Below, in pieces: positions 1 to 12,577 of a stretch of 64,000 nucleotides of DNA; position 1 is the first letter of the stretch, and each line of letters begins with the position of its first letter. The notes under the pieces are model-generated. The model saw only the letters and a list, made by a program, of their open reading frames with translations, was not told where the DNA came from and made no database searches. The stretch spans positions 1 to 64,000 of the forward strand of contig NW_027437456.1 in assembly GCF_964204645.1 (NCBI RefSeq), in the 5' to 3' direction. Source of the stretch: Tubulanus polymorphus (Eukaryota > Animalia > Nemertea). The position numbers and the translations under genes were made by a program.

Positions 1-153
1 CGTCGACAATGTCTACAACCCCGATTGTCGACCGATTCTACTCGTCGACAATGTCTACAATCCTGATTGTCGACCGATTCTACTTGTCAACAATGTCTAC
101 AACCCCGATTGTTGACCGATTCTACTCGTCGACAATGTCTACAATCTTGATTG
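1..153 (+). repeat. 42-bp tandem satellite (about 3.5 units, probably continues beyond the window start)
   Basis: Unit cgtcgacaatgtctacaaccccgattgtcgaccgattctact recurs at 1, 43, 85 and 127. Confidence 0.95.
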
Positions 154-169
154 TGAAAATCAACTGATG

Positions 170-617
170 GAAGCACGCAGCTCCTCGATCCCAGCCACTT
201 TATATAAGGGTAATCCACGCACACAATCCACGCACACACGCGGCCCCTCGATCCCAGCCACTCTATATAAGGGTAAACCACGCACACACGCAGCCCCTCG
301 ATCCCAGCCACTCATAATAAAGGGTCATCCACGCACACACTCAGCCCCTCGAAAGCAGCCACTCTATATAAGGGTAATCCACGCACACACCACACCTCGA
401 TCCCAGCCACTTTATATAATGGTGATCCACGCATACACGCGGCCCCTCGATCCCGGCCACTCTATATAAGGGTAATCCACGCACACACGCAGCCCCTCGA
501 TCCCGGCCACTATATAAGGGTAATCCACGCAGACACGCAGCCCCTCGATCCCGGCCACTCTACATAAGCGTAATCCACGCACAGACGCAGCCCCTCGATC
601 CCAGCCACTCTATATAA
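170..617 (+). repeat. About 50-bp tandem minisatellite (about 9 units)
   Basis: Unit cccctcgatcccagccactctatataagggtaatccacgcacacacgcag is repeated with small indels. ORFs 87..311 and 167..469 are translations of it. Confidence 0.93.
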
Positions 618-631
618 GATTGTATAAACAT

Positions 632-1045
632 GATTGTAGACATTGTCGACGAGTAAAATCGGTCGACAATCGGGGTTGTAGACTTTGTCGACGAGTATAA
701 TTGGTTACAATCGGGGTTGTAGACATTGTCGACGAGTAGAATCGGACGACAATCAGGGTTGTAGACATTGTCGACGAGTAGAATCGGACAACAATCGGGG
801 TTGTAGACATTGTCGATGAGTAGAATCGGACGACAATCGGGGTTGTAGACATTGTCGACGAGTAGAATCGGACGACAATCGGGGTTGTAGACATTGTCGA
901 CGAGTAGAATCGGACGACAATCGGGGTTGTAGACATTGTCGACGAGTAGAATCGGACGAAAATCGAGGTTGTAGACATTGTCGACGAGTAGAATCGGACG
1001 ACAATCGGGGTTGTAGACATTGTCGACGAGTAGAATCGGCCGACA
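632..1045 (-). repeat. 42-bp satellite in inverted orientation relative to 1-153 (about 10 units)
   Basis: Unit gttgtagacattgtcgacgagtagaatcggacgacaatcggg is the reverse complement of the unit at 1-153. Confidence 0.95.
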
Positions 1046-1583
1046 TTTAGGATTGATAGATCTCTACTTTTACCTGTTCTGGAGTTGAGCCGCACGTCCT
1101 ATGGCGTAATGTCGTAAGATTCAATCAGTCCAATATTGGCGGATTAATTCCAAATACCAGTCCAATGTGATAATTCTCTGCTGGAACTATTTAATGCTAT
1201 AATGGACTTGAGCCCATATTTTTAGGTAAAACCGACGATTTTTTGCCCCGAACAAAAATTTATATCGTCCGATCGAACAGAATTTTTTCATTTGAACAAA
1301 ATTTTCTATATGGAAGCGTTCTTCATTCCAAAGAACTTCGTGGAACTAAATAGTCTTTTCATTATAACGAGTTTTCGTCATTTGAACAAAATAGTCTAAT
1401 TTGAACCTGGGTTTTCTTCATATCAATATCCATATCATATAAAAACTGACAGTAGTTCTATGGAAACAGTTTATTTCCTAACAGTTCACTATAGTCATCC
1501 ATAGCATGCCTTTTCAGGTTAAGTTTTCTGGCCTTTTCGTCTTCCATGTTTCTGACTATGTACGGAACACAGTTTATGTAGGT

Positions 1584-1997
1584 CGTTTTGGAAATTTACT
1601 CGGTCCCTGTACATTCTGGAATTATTCTGTATATCATTTATACGGAAAGTGAAGAGAAGACGACTTAGGATACTACCTTGCGTGACTCCACTAGTTAGAC
1701 CTACCGGTATTCATACATGTACAAAGATGAGACAGTTCCGTCGACTCGCCAGAGTCACATAACCATCTGGTCCAGTCATCCATGGTTTTAAGTAGGTCTA
1801 ATTGACTGTTTGTAGACCTTCCTTTTATAAAACCGTGTTTACCATTGAACAAGATTCTAAATTCCCTTTATTTTCACTAGCATGGTGCGGCTGCATCAGC
1901 ATACATGCGATCGTGGTTGAGAGAGTCCAGACACAAATAAGAATACAAACAAGGTTGTGCAGAAAACCCGTTATTGCTGCTTTGCAGCTATATTATA
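1584..1997 (+). repeat. Conserved block of a dispersed non-autonomous element family (related to 30851-30960 and 33982-34325)
   Basis: Shares ttggaaatttactcggtc...acttaggatactaccttgcgtgactccactagtt with 30851 and 33982, and the end gtgcagaaaacccgttat(t/c)gctgctttgcagctatatt with 34283-34322. Confidence 0.8.
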
Positions 1998-2974
1998 CGT
2001 TTATTATGTCATGTATACAATGGTAAGAGTTTATTGATTAAAACCCTTCCAATAGGATAGACTGAAATGTCTGGTAAAACTACCAGAAACTGTCAGAGTT
2101 TGTCAGAGAAGAAGTCAGAAAGGTGCACCCCCTAGCATAACAGTGACCAGGTGATGAGATCGCCAGTTTAAAAGTCATGTATCTAAGTAATAGCTAACCT
2201 AAATTGGGACCAGTTTTTGATACTTGTAAATGTATCTCATTTGAAAATAACTTAACACAACACTCTTTTTAGATGACAGATGCCCTGCAATGATGACAAC
2301 TGCCCCTGATAAACATTTTTTTTGGAAATACCATTTGAAGTATTGTCTACTAATTTCATTTTCAGGGATCGCTCGCGAAATACCGGAATGATTACCTGTC
2401 GGGTATGCCTTGAAGAATATCAAACCTCAATCAATTGTATCCTTTACATTATCAACTATGAATTTCTTATTTGGAATCCAATTATATGAGATCTTTGCAC
2501 CATTGGATTGATTATTCAACTACTGATATCACATTAAATGAGTAGTAACTCGAGATCAATAGTGTTATGGCAAATGAAAAAACTTAACGACTAGCCTACC
2601 AGAATCATTTAAGTCAAAGAATTGAAAGAAGTAAAGCAACTCACTCTGTATCTATGATTGCTTGCCATGTGGTATATCTTGCTGATTTATGTGAATATCG
2701 ATTCCATAGCCACAAAATACTTATCTCTACATTGCCAAAATGTTGGCTATGTCATCTATGCTTGGAATTGTGGTTATTTTCATATTTATGGGTAAACCTT
2801 TGTTTAAAACCAACATCACCTATCATCAGCAGTGTTTGGCTGTCTCAAGGTTTGTAGGTGTAGCAAAGCATAACGATGATGGAATATTTATTATGGTTAG
2901 AAGTGGGATACACAGTATGGTGAGTTTTCTCCTTCATGATGAATTGAAATTACATGTATTGTCATTTTTCCTAA

Positions 2975-3073
<99 letters not shown>

Positions 3074-3844
3074 TAGCATTGTGTTTTATCGGAGAGATCA
3101 GACAGTGTCTTTTTATACCATAATGCTATGTGAAGTGAATAGTATAAACACTCAAACAAAATTGATTATGAACTAGATGAAACAAGAAGTGTCTTTATGA
3201 TTACCAATAATTGTGCTGAATATGTGAGAGTTCAAGCAATAAACACATAATTATTTGAGATTGAAATTAATGAATCTAGGCATTTTGAAAGATGTCACTG
3301 AGGGTCTTGCTGTAGAAAACCGATTAATTTGAACATTTTCTTACATATTTCAATGAAATGTTACTGAAAAAATTTCTCCATTTGAATGTTACTTTCAATT
3401 TGTTACTGATAGGCCTAGCAATTTTCAGAGGTTGGCAGCCCTGGAAACTGTGCGCATAATGCCCCCCCCCTTTAAATAAAGCTCGAAATTTAAAGATATA
3501 TTACCTCGATTTCACTCTATAGCTATCTAACTGCAGCACGTCTTTTGTCGTTCTGGGTTTTCGCGTTGTTTTCTATGCATGTATTAGCGAATGTCAATGT
3601 AGTTTTAACACACTCACAAGACCAGCAGGATTACAACAGTCCACAGCATTGCACCCGTGAGCCAGTGTACATATCTATCCAGATTTTGTAGATTTACAGG
3701 ATGCCCATTTTGTTGTGACACCAGTTTATGATTATTGCTTATTACCTGCCAAGGTCCAATGGCCCCAACCATACAAAAATGCCAAGGCATGAGTATAGGC
3801 GCTAACGAAGTTGACGGATATATCATCGTAAACCCTGGGACAAG

Positions 3845-4324
3845 CCACTAACTATAAATATTACGAATAGTGTTGTTAATATTTATCATGAAAAATGCTC
3901 TAAGTGTGAATTAAGTAAACAATCTTCAGAATATTATAAACATAAGTTTTACAAGGATGGTTTACGAAATATATGTAAAACTTGTAGTAAACTATATAAT
4001 AAACAATATCAAGCAAATAATACTGAAAAATGGAAAGAATTGAATAAACAATGGAGAGAAAATCATCCAGATTATATGACAGAATATTATATAGATAATA
4101 TTGGAAAATGCAAAGCTAATTATAAAAAATGGACAGAAAATCATCCAGATTATATGACACAATATATGAGAGAATGGAGGAATGATAATAGAGAACATGT
4201 TAAAGCGTATCGAAATAATTATCATAAAGAAAGGTATAAAACAGATCTTAATTTTAAATTGAAACAATGTTTAGGATCTAGATTATCAAAATTATTCAGT
4301 AAAGAAACGCATTCAGATACACTA
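3845..4324 (+). pseudogene. 5' part of a virus-like CxxC zinc-ribbon/HNH-type endonuclease gene, interrupted by a transposon insertion
   Basis: The frame is open from 3845 (..EKCSKCELSK..KDGLRNICKTC..ERYKTDLNFKLKQCLGSRLSKLFSKETHSDTL) and is collinear with 62906-63240. Homology stops exactly at the TA at 4323-4324. Confidence 0.88.
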
Positions 4325-4344
4325 TGGTACAGCCTAGATAAAAC
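4325..4344 (+). repeat. Left terminal inverted repeat
   Basis: tggtacagcctagataaaac, preceded by TA. Confidence 0.9.
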
Positions 4345-5179
4345 TTTTCACAAAACGCATTTAAACCGTGGTTAAAACAAGATTATTTTACACGCAGTTG
4401 CAACTTTGTTGCACGCTTGTTCCAGGCGCGATTAAACGCGAGTGCGTATAAGACGCGCCTAAATCGCGTGTTAAAAGTCGCGACTATTTTGCCCTCTCGC
4501 GTTTAATCGCGATGAACAAATTATCAATTAAATTATAATCAGTATCATCATACGTAAGTGCCACCTGCGGCAAGTGTAGTCGTCAATAATGTTCAATTCA
4601 ATTCAAGGTCGTCGTTAAATCTTGTGGATCCGGAAATAAAATTTACAATCAAAGGTGGTATGATGGCAGAAATACGTAATATATGATATGAATTCATAGT
4701 GTTGTAGGAAACATATGTTAACCCTGACTATTTGTTACAACAACGGCTAATAAAAGCGGATCTGCAGTTTTACCAGCAGGTATCTACAGGTAAGGTAACT
4801 TTCACGTGTTGATGTTAGTTAGGGCTGTTGCTTTTTTATGTTGGTTTCCTCATGATGTCGATCGGATACTTTCACACACATCCGATTATAATATAAGCTT
4901 ACCACCAAAATACCATGATGAGGTAACTAACTACGAAACAGGCTGCCTACACATTTATTTTTGTTTGTGATCAATACCATTTTAATATTGGATAGGGCCT
5001 CCTCGCTTGCCAGGGTTCGATGCCAACTACAACTACGTGGTAAAACCCTGACAATCAGCAATTATTTCCATTGCCTGAGCTTAGGCAATATATTTTTGCA
5101 ATAGGCCTATCCTATTTGAAAATGTGAATTCATAACCCCTATTGCCCCCCCCCCCGTGTATTGTCTTAAGGCAGCTACG

Positions 5180-6160
5180 TAACAAGAGCCCCAAGGGGCA
5201 CAATGGCCAGCCTGTCAGATTTGCTTTTTATAAATGATGTAATCTGTGGGTTATATTTATCAATATACACTCCCTGCTCAATATCATTTACATAGTAAAA
5301 TCGTGTGTTAACACAGACAGCAGGAACGAATGTAATATAGAAATACTAAGTTATTGTATTGTTCAACGCCCCTGGTGGCCATATACAAAAGCCAATGAGC
5401 TTGAAACTCACCAAGATCATAGACCATGTCATGAGCTACAACTTTCCAATTGATTGTGGTAGCAAAATATGCATAGGTACGAATGTAATATAGAAATACT
5501 AAGTTATTGTATTGTTCAACGCCCCCTGGTGGCCATAAACAAAAACCAATGAGCTTGAAACTCATCTCGATCATAGAACATGTCATGAGCTACAACTTTC
5601 CAATTGATTATAGTAGCAAAATATGCTTAAGTATCATTTATGATGTGGAAAAACTTTTTTTCCACCTACGAATGAGTACTGATGACCCCAAGATGGCCAC
5701 CAAGTGGGTCATAATTGCCTGGTCAAAAATACCCTCTCGGATATAAAAGATCCCTTTCCAAAGAATACCCATTACAAATTGCAATGAAACATGGCACACC
5801 ATTAGAAAGCTACAGTACTCAGAATTCAGGCCAAAATTGACATTTTTGGGAACAAAAAAAGGTTACAGTACGGCCATCTTGAGTCCGATCGACCCAATTT
5901 TTCTCATGCCGATGGGCCCTCGGGGGGATACAAATATATACGAATGATCAAGGTTATTTATAAAAGTGTCTTCAAAATTTCCCTCGAAAACTTCAAAAAT
6001 GTGTAAAAAGTGCTGATTTTGGCGAACAACAATGGCTGCCAGTCGGCCATCTTGAATCTGACAGGGCCTGAAGTTTTTGGCCTGAAGATGTGTCTAGGGT
6101 AGATACACGTATAAACCAAATATCAAGACATTACCTTGAAGCGTCTTCAAAACTTTGGAA
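5180..6160 (+). mobile_element. Non-autonomous element, HINE/DINE-1-like (Helentron-associated), 5' part with internal about 150-bp tandem repeats
   Basis: Starts aacaagagccccaagggg. The internal duplication 5325-5475/5478-5630 (acgccccctggtggccat..gagctacaactttccaattgatt) and the segment 5815-6160 are shared with 14277-15180. Confidence 0.6.
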
Positions 6161-7798
6161 CTCTCAAGAACTATCTAGATGGTTATCTCTCGACCTAAAT
6201 AGCTTCAAGACCCATCTCAAAACAACTTCGTTCCATGCAGCATACCATTAACTCTCGGAAAGCGAATTGTATTTAACATTTTTTTGGCAGAATAAAATTT
6301 GATTGAATTTTCTATTCGGGCACATGGCTAATTAGCATATCAAGGTCATACACCCGATTTAGTAAAACCTTTTTTTTCGCGAACCTTGCGCAATTGTCAA
6401 GGATTAATTTTCTGTAGAGCAAATAAAAATTCCTCCCAGACACCAAATCAATGAAAGATTTCATAGAAATCGATCTTGAAATACAATTTTAAATCTTAAA
6501 ATAAAACCCGGAAGTAAAACAGTAGATGATACCGCGGGTTCACGTGAACACCTGATTTCTGTAAACGAAATAGGTTTTAGGTGGTAATAAGTACGGAAAC
6601 GTAACAACCATGGTCGACTTATTCGATGAAATCAGGCCTATGTGATATCCAAATTTTGACTTTTTTATCTCCAGACCTCCCTGATATAGAAATAAAAAAT
6701 TTTGGTGGTACGAAAGTGCAATCACAGCGCCGACGGGGACAGAGCCGTGTCAGAGATCGGCGGAGTGAAAATTGAGGTGGACGAACACGAAGAAGTAGGC
6801 TATTGCGCTACTTGAATCACGAAAACTCCTGGCGCGGCCCCCGACGCTTTTCGTTGATTAAGTAATACAAATATCATGCAATGGGTTTTCACAATCTACC
6901 GCTGGTATTTACCGGATTTCAATATCACTCCAAAATTCAAAGAAACCTCGAAATATCGAACCGGAATACTTCCGGTAGATATCCGTGGCTGCCCAACCGG
7001 GAAACTTATTAGTTTCAATAGATATTGATACGATCCATCATCTTCACCCGTCAAGGGATTTGAACCCACTAAGCTAAAGCCATGCCAGAATCGGGTCGGG
7101 CCAATCACAGCGCTTGTAACAAACCACATTAGGCTTCTGTGGAATTTCCCAGTAAATGGGCCAATCAGCGAACACGTAGCGAACGCGGAAGTATTGTCGC
7201 GTGTTGATACATGAAGTCATGCGCAAAAGCGCCAGTAATGAAACCGCGATAATTCACGTGAACAGCTGCTGATATTTTCAGATAAACCAATCACAGGGAA
7301 GACACAACTTCCTGATTGGCTGATAAAAATTGAAATTTTCCTGATTTAACTTTCGTGAAAAATGCAGAAAACATTTTTATGAGACCCTATTTCAAAATTC
7401 TGCTCGCTACGATTCCGAGAATGGATTACGCTTAAATACGTGATTTGTTCGAATATGCCCTCACTTGGCAAGCAAAAGAGCCTTTTGTGTGGAAACCATG
7501 TCATTTAAATTCGCTCCATTTGTATAGTAATAGGCTCAGCCTACGGCTGGCCTAATAAACTGGTGGGCCACACAGGCCTCAATCAGCTCGCACTCGTAGG
7601 TGGCGTAATAGAAGGAACTGCAATGAATCAAACCCTGGCAACCATGGATGATACATAAGTGCGATAAGTCAATCAACTTCAACACAAATTAGTTTTATTC
7701 CTCATTCTTTTTTGTGGTATCATTTCTTCAATTGTTGATCTTGGATAGTCATTCATCATATTCTTTTACTCACTTTCAGTTTTGCAACCAGACTGCCG

Positions 7799-9588
7799 AT
7801 GCTTGTTAGAATGGGTAGGCTGTCTTTATATGAGCGACAAAGAGCTAGTACTCTTTGGGAACTACCAAATTCAACACTGTCTACAGTTCATAGTGCCCTA
7901 GCTCAGGAAGAAATAGTGATTAGCAAGGAAGGATTGCGGCAATTGATCCAGAAAATTCAAACTACCAATAGTGTTTTGGATCTACTGGTAGAAAACCAAA
8001 ATTAGGATTACATCATTTAAGTTTTATTGACCGGTTTATGAGACAGGATCCTGAGCGTACTGCAAGGGATGTTCAACGTGCACTTCAACTGAATTACGAC
8101 ATTCAATTTTCGATTTCTAGCATCGAATGTGTCAGAAGAAATCTCGGATGGCGCTATACTGGAACGAGATATTGCCAATTGGTCAGGCATGTCAACACTA
8201 TTGTGAGACATACTTTTGCTGTACAGTGCTTGGCAGTTAATGAGACCTTTTCAGATGTAATCTTCACCGATGAATGTAGTGTTCCTCTAGGACAGAATGT
8301 TGGCAAATGTTTTCGAAAAGTTGGCGAACCCAGGCAACTAATCCCTCGACCAAAGCATCCGCTTAAAGTAAGTGATTTAAGGGGCAAACACATTATTGTA
8401 TTCGAATAAATTCTTAGATTTCATACCGAAGTTCAGAGTGTTCGCTCATCTGATTGCAATATTCACAATCGTTTAATAGAGCCAATCGCTGGCGAGCTTT
8501 AAATAATGTTTATTTGACGATCAATACTTGATTTTCTGGATACAACTTGATTGTCTTTAGTCTGTTAGCGGGTTATTGCGTTCAATTTAGCTGATAGGTG
8601 GCAAGTGTGTGCAGAATTGAGTTAAAGTAGCATTTTAATCTTTGATTTTTCAGCTTCATGTTTGGGCTGGTATTTCCATGCGAGGATGTACAAATATCTG
8701 CATATTTGAAGGTATAATGGATTCAGACTTCTACCAACACATACTCGAAACCCATCTCATACCATTCATTCAGAGGGAGTATCCTGAACACCATAGGTTC
8801 CAGCAAGACAATGATCCTAAGCACACATCCAGGTACGTACATATTTATTCAGTATCATAGGCCTACAAACAATGGGGTACCTGCAAAACCAGCCCTGCCA
8901 GATGGTGTGATAAGCAGAAGGTCGTCACCAATCTATATATTATCACAGCACCCACCAAATAAACAATACTTTCATTCCTCTACTCGGATATCGGTAGGCT
9001 ATAGTTTTCATGAATAATTGATTCAGAGAAAAGTTCATTTAAATTCAATTGAAATGTAGAAGAAATCGAACGCGGACGACTAATTATCTACTAGCAAACC
9101 TGGCGGATCATCGCCTGCCCTACAGTAGCACTGTGGGTCCCCCATTTCACCACGCGCCATTCATCTTGTATCTTGTCCGCATTAATACATTGCCTTCATA
9201 CCACCTCCCAATGTAGTGTTTGTATGTCTTTCAATAATTCTATTAATTCAAATGTTGCTAGTCACTAATAATTCCAGTATCTCCTTGTGTAATAAACTTA
9301 TTTTTCTCTTGATTTAGAGCGACCGCTCAGTGGCTCAGAGACAACGACATCCACCATTGGCCGACCCCACCGGAATCTCCAGACCTTAACCCGATTGAGC
9401 TAATGTGGGCAGCACTAAAACAACACGTGAATCGACATGTTAAACCCACCACGAAAGAGCAATTGGTTGCAGGTATATGTCAGTTTTGGAGAACAGTGAG
9501 CGCAGAAACCTGTCAAAAATATATTAGACACTTACACAAAGTACTTCCAGTTGTTGTTGCTAATTACGGCAGAGCATCAGGTTATTAA
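7799..9588 (+). pseudogene. Tc1-like DD34E transposase with two spliceosomal introns and one frameshift near 7985
   Basis: Exons 7799-8367, 8654-8832 and 9318-9588 have phase-compatible GT-AG junctions (PLK|LHVWAGIS; HTS-R|ATAQW). Motifs are GRKPKL, FSDVIFTDEC, FQQDNDPKH and SPDLNPIELMW. The second D and the E are 34 residues apart. Confidence 0.93.
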
Positions 9589-9632
9589 ACATGATGAAGT
9601 ACTGGTAAATGTATTTTGTAGGCAGTTGCCCA

Positions 9633-9935
9633 TGTATGTACATAAAGGAGCATCTCAAAATTTCAATTGTTTTGTCAATTAGAGTTACTGTCTTATTTTG
9701 TCATACCCCCCACCGCACCATACGATTATAAATATGCCAAAGAAAACGTTGGAACAATTGGTTTTCTAATGAGAACAAAGACAATGTATGTACATAAAGG
9801 AGCATCTCAAAATTTCAATTGTTTTGTCAATTAGAGTTACTGTCTTATTTTGTCATACCCCCAACCGCACCATACGATTATAAACATGCCAAAGAAAACG
9901 TTGGAACAATTGGTTTTCTAATGAGAACAAAGACA
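9633..9935. repeat. About 152-bp tandem duplication downstream of the transposase
   Basis: tgtatgtacataaaggagcatc...atgagaacaaagacaa occurs twice head-to-tail. Confidence 0.9.
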
Positions 9936-10004
9936 AAAGTCTGGCGAAGACGGGCGATTTTTTCGTGCGATTTTAGTGTGATTCAAGAAATAGGATGTTT
10001 AATA

Positions 10005-10331
10005 CATGATTCCCACAGTTATATGAATTCAAAATTCCCAAGTTTTCCCCAAGTATTTCATGGGTGACTTTTCAATTTTCCCAAATGCAAATGAACACAT
10101 ATTGTCATGCTACAGTCAACATTTTAGTGGTGACTGGTTGATAAAGGTGATTTTCAAGGGAAACTGCTGAAGAAAGTTGCCCTTGGCAAATGCAATACGT
10201 GAAATGTAATGAATTTCCCAAATATTTCCCTGATATGAGAATTTTTCAAATTCCCAAATATTTCCAAACCGGGAATTATTATTTCAAAATTCCCAAGTTT
10301 TTCCCAATTTCCCTGTTCTGTGGGAACCATG
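10005..10331. mobile_element. MITE with catg(a/g)ttcccacag TIRs and a 6-bp TSD (hAT-like)
   Basis: catgattcccacag at 10005 and ctgtgggaaccatg ending at 10331; ttaata lies immediately outside both ends. Confidence 0.75.
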
Positions 10332-12283
10332 TTAATATTGTGCGACGGAAAATCGCGACGTCGCAGTGAAATCGCTCATCAGTCGTGGGAGCTAGCGACA
10401 TGATGGAAAAATAATTTTAAGCCAATCAGCGACCACCGATACATCACGTGGTACTTCCAATATAGGATACGCTATCTTCCAGCTCATTTATGAGATTGTT
10501 ATGAAGCTAAGATTCATTGACTTTATTTTCATGGAACATAATTACATGTTATTGAATATTTTCTCTTACAAAAATATGCCACACAGCCCATAACGCCCAC
10601 GGCTGTGCCTGCTTGATATCCAACTTCGAACCCAAGTATTTAGAGCGTTCGTCTGAACACAACAAAATCAAATAAGCTCCCAACAAAGCATGGAAGGAAT
10701 CATCCTCGATGTCCGCCATTTTGTTATCAATCGCTCTCATCGCCGCTCGCTAGTGGCATGCACGTGCACACAGTCGCTGGTTTTACCCATCATTGGATAA
10801 TCGCACGCGATTGCTAATCGCTGCGACCGGCGATCGATCGTCACTCATCTGCGCTCCGCTAAGGATAAGTTCTCATGAATGTATTTTGGTAACAACTTTT
10901 TATTGAAAATGGAATAGAAAAATTAATTTGAAAAACCTATCAAATTCTAATTGATTTTATTAAAACAATTTGATATGAAGTCGCCCGTTATGAGAGCGGG
11001 TTCGAATCCTATAGTAGTGATCAATCAATGGGAAACCTTCAACCCTACACCCCCTTCTGCGAGTTAGTCTCTAATTGAAGCAACCATCGAAATTTTGAGA
11101 TGCTCTACCCGCTATGCAAACAAGTCAAAATAAATTAACTACCAACATTGTCATTTAATCATGTTTAGATTAATTTCTTGCTTTTGACTTTCGATGTACA
11201 TCAGACTCTTCTCAAACTAGGTCCATTTAAGAATAAGTATTCCTTCACCTACATCGGCCATATAGTCCAACTCGGATAAGTCGTATTCTAGTTTAATTTA
11301 CTCAGTTCTATGTCATTTGGATTACTCGCTAACGTAATGATCGTCCCAGCTATTGACAACTTAAGCGACTTTGACTTTACAGGACCCTCTTGTTTTGAAA
11401 AAAAAATATTCAAGTTACTCTTTGGTTCAAAAACTATATATTTCATTACATTTGTCCTCTAGTCTCTTCTGCAGTTGGAATTAACCCTTTTGTCATCTCT
11501 GACTGTACATGCACAACAGTAACTATGGATCCCAGCTGTTTCTTAAGACTCAAAGGACCTGAATAAATATGTTACTGACTTGAAATCCATGTACAGTCGA
11601 CTCAATCCAATGGAAACTTCTTTCAATGCTTCCGACATTTGTGATACAGTATAACTCACTTTTTTCTGATGTCTAGGGACTGTCCAGATTTCTCTGAATA
11701 ATGAACATTAGTTTACATAGTTTCTGATTGAAAGTACCAATAATTTCATCCCGACTAAGTAAAAATCTGGATTTCAATATCAGAATTAAGTGAGTTATAC
11801 TGCATTTCAGAATTGAATTCTACAAATCCTTGATAAGGTTACTGAGGTTATATTAAACCTCATCAAATTTTGACAGCCAATAATCGATCAGGATGCCATC
11901 TATTGCACGGAATAGGATCAGAACAAATGGACAAATTCATAGAAATACTATGGAAATTGTCAATTTACCTGGAGGTAAACATGGGATGAACCTATTTCAG
12001 CTGGATTCAACTACCCGCTTTTTGAACATGGGATGTTAGAATTTTAAAATTTTGAGTGGCATTAGTTATAAGAAAATAAGAGTTTTTGGATCTAGACCAA
12101 AATTTCTGGCAGGCAATTTGAGAAACAGCTCCTTTCCACATTTCTATTACAAACACGCTTTATCTAGATTTTGACCTGATTTGGATACTGATTGTGGTTC
12201 ACCTATAAGTAAAATATTCAATTCTAAATTTCTCAAAAGAAGACTGATTCTATGATCCAAATTAACCTGGCTTTGACTATACA

Positions 12284-12577
12284 ATAGTACTTAAAGGTTG
12301 AATCAGTAACTAATTCAGGCAAATCCACAAGTTTAAGACACCAGTATCAAGATTATATTCAACATCAGAAAACCATGTATTTTCAAAATTATGGATCCGT
12401 AAAAACAGAACTTTATTTGGAAAAAACAGTTAGTACTTAAAGGTTGAATCAGTAACTAATTCAGGCAAATCCACAAGTTTAAGACACCAGTATCAAGATT
12501 ATATTCAACATCAGAAAACCATGTATTTTCAAAATTATAGATCCGTAAAAACAGAACTTTATTTGGAAAAAACAGTT
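12284..12577. repeat. About 147-bp tandem duplication
   Basis: tagtacttaaaggttgaatcagtaac...ggaaaaaacagt is repeated head-to-tail. Confidence 0.88.

Noticed and set aside
1-1045. CRISPR-like regular repeats (also at 32336-33227 and 54886-55213)
   Set aside because: The units are contiguous tandem repeats without unique spacers, there are no cas genes, and the context is eukaryotic.
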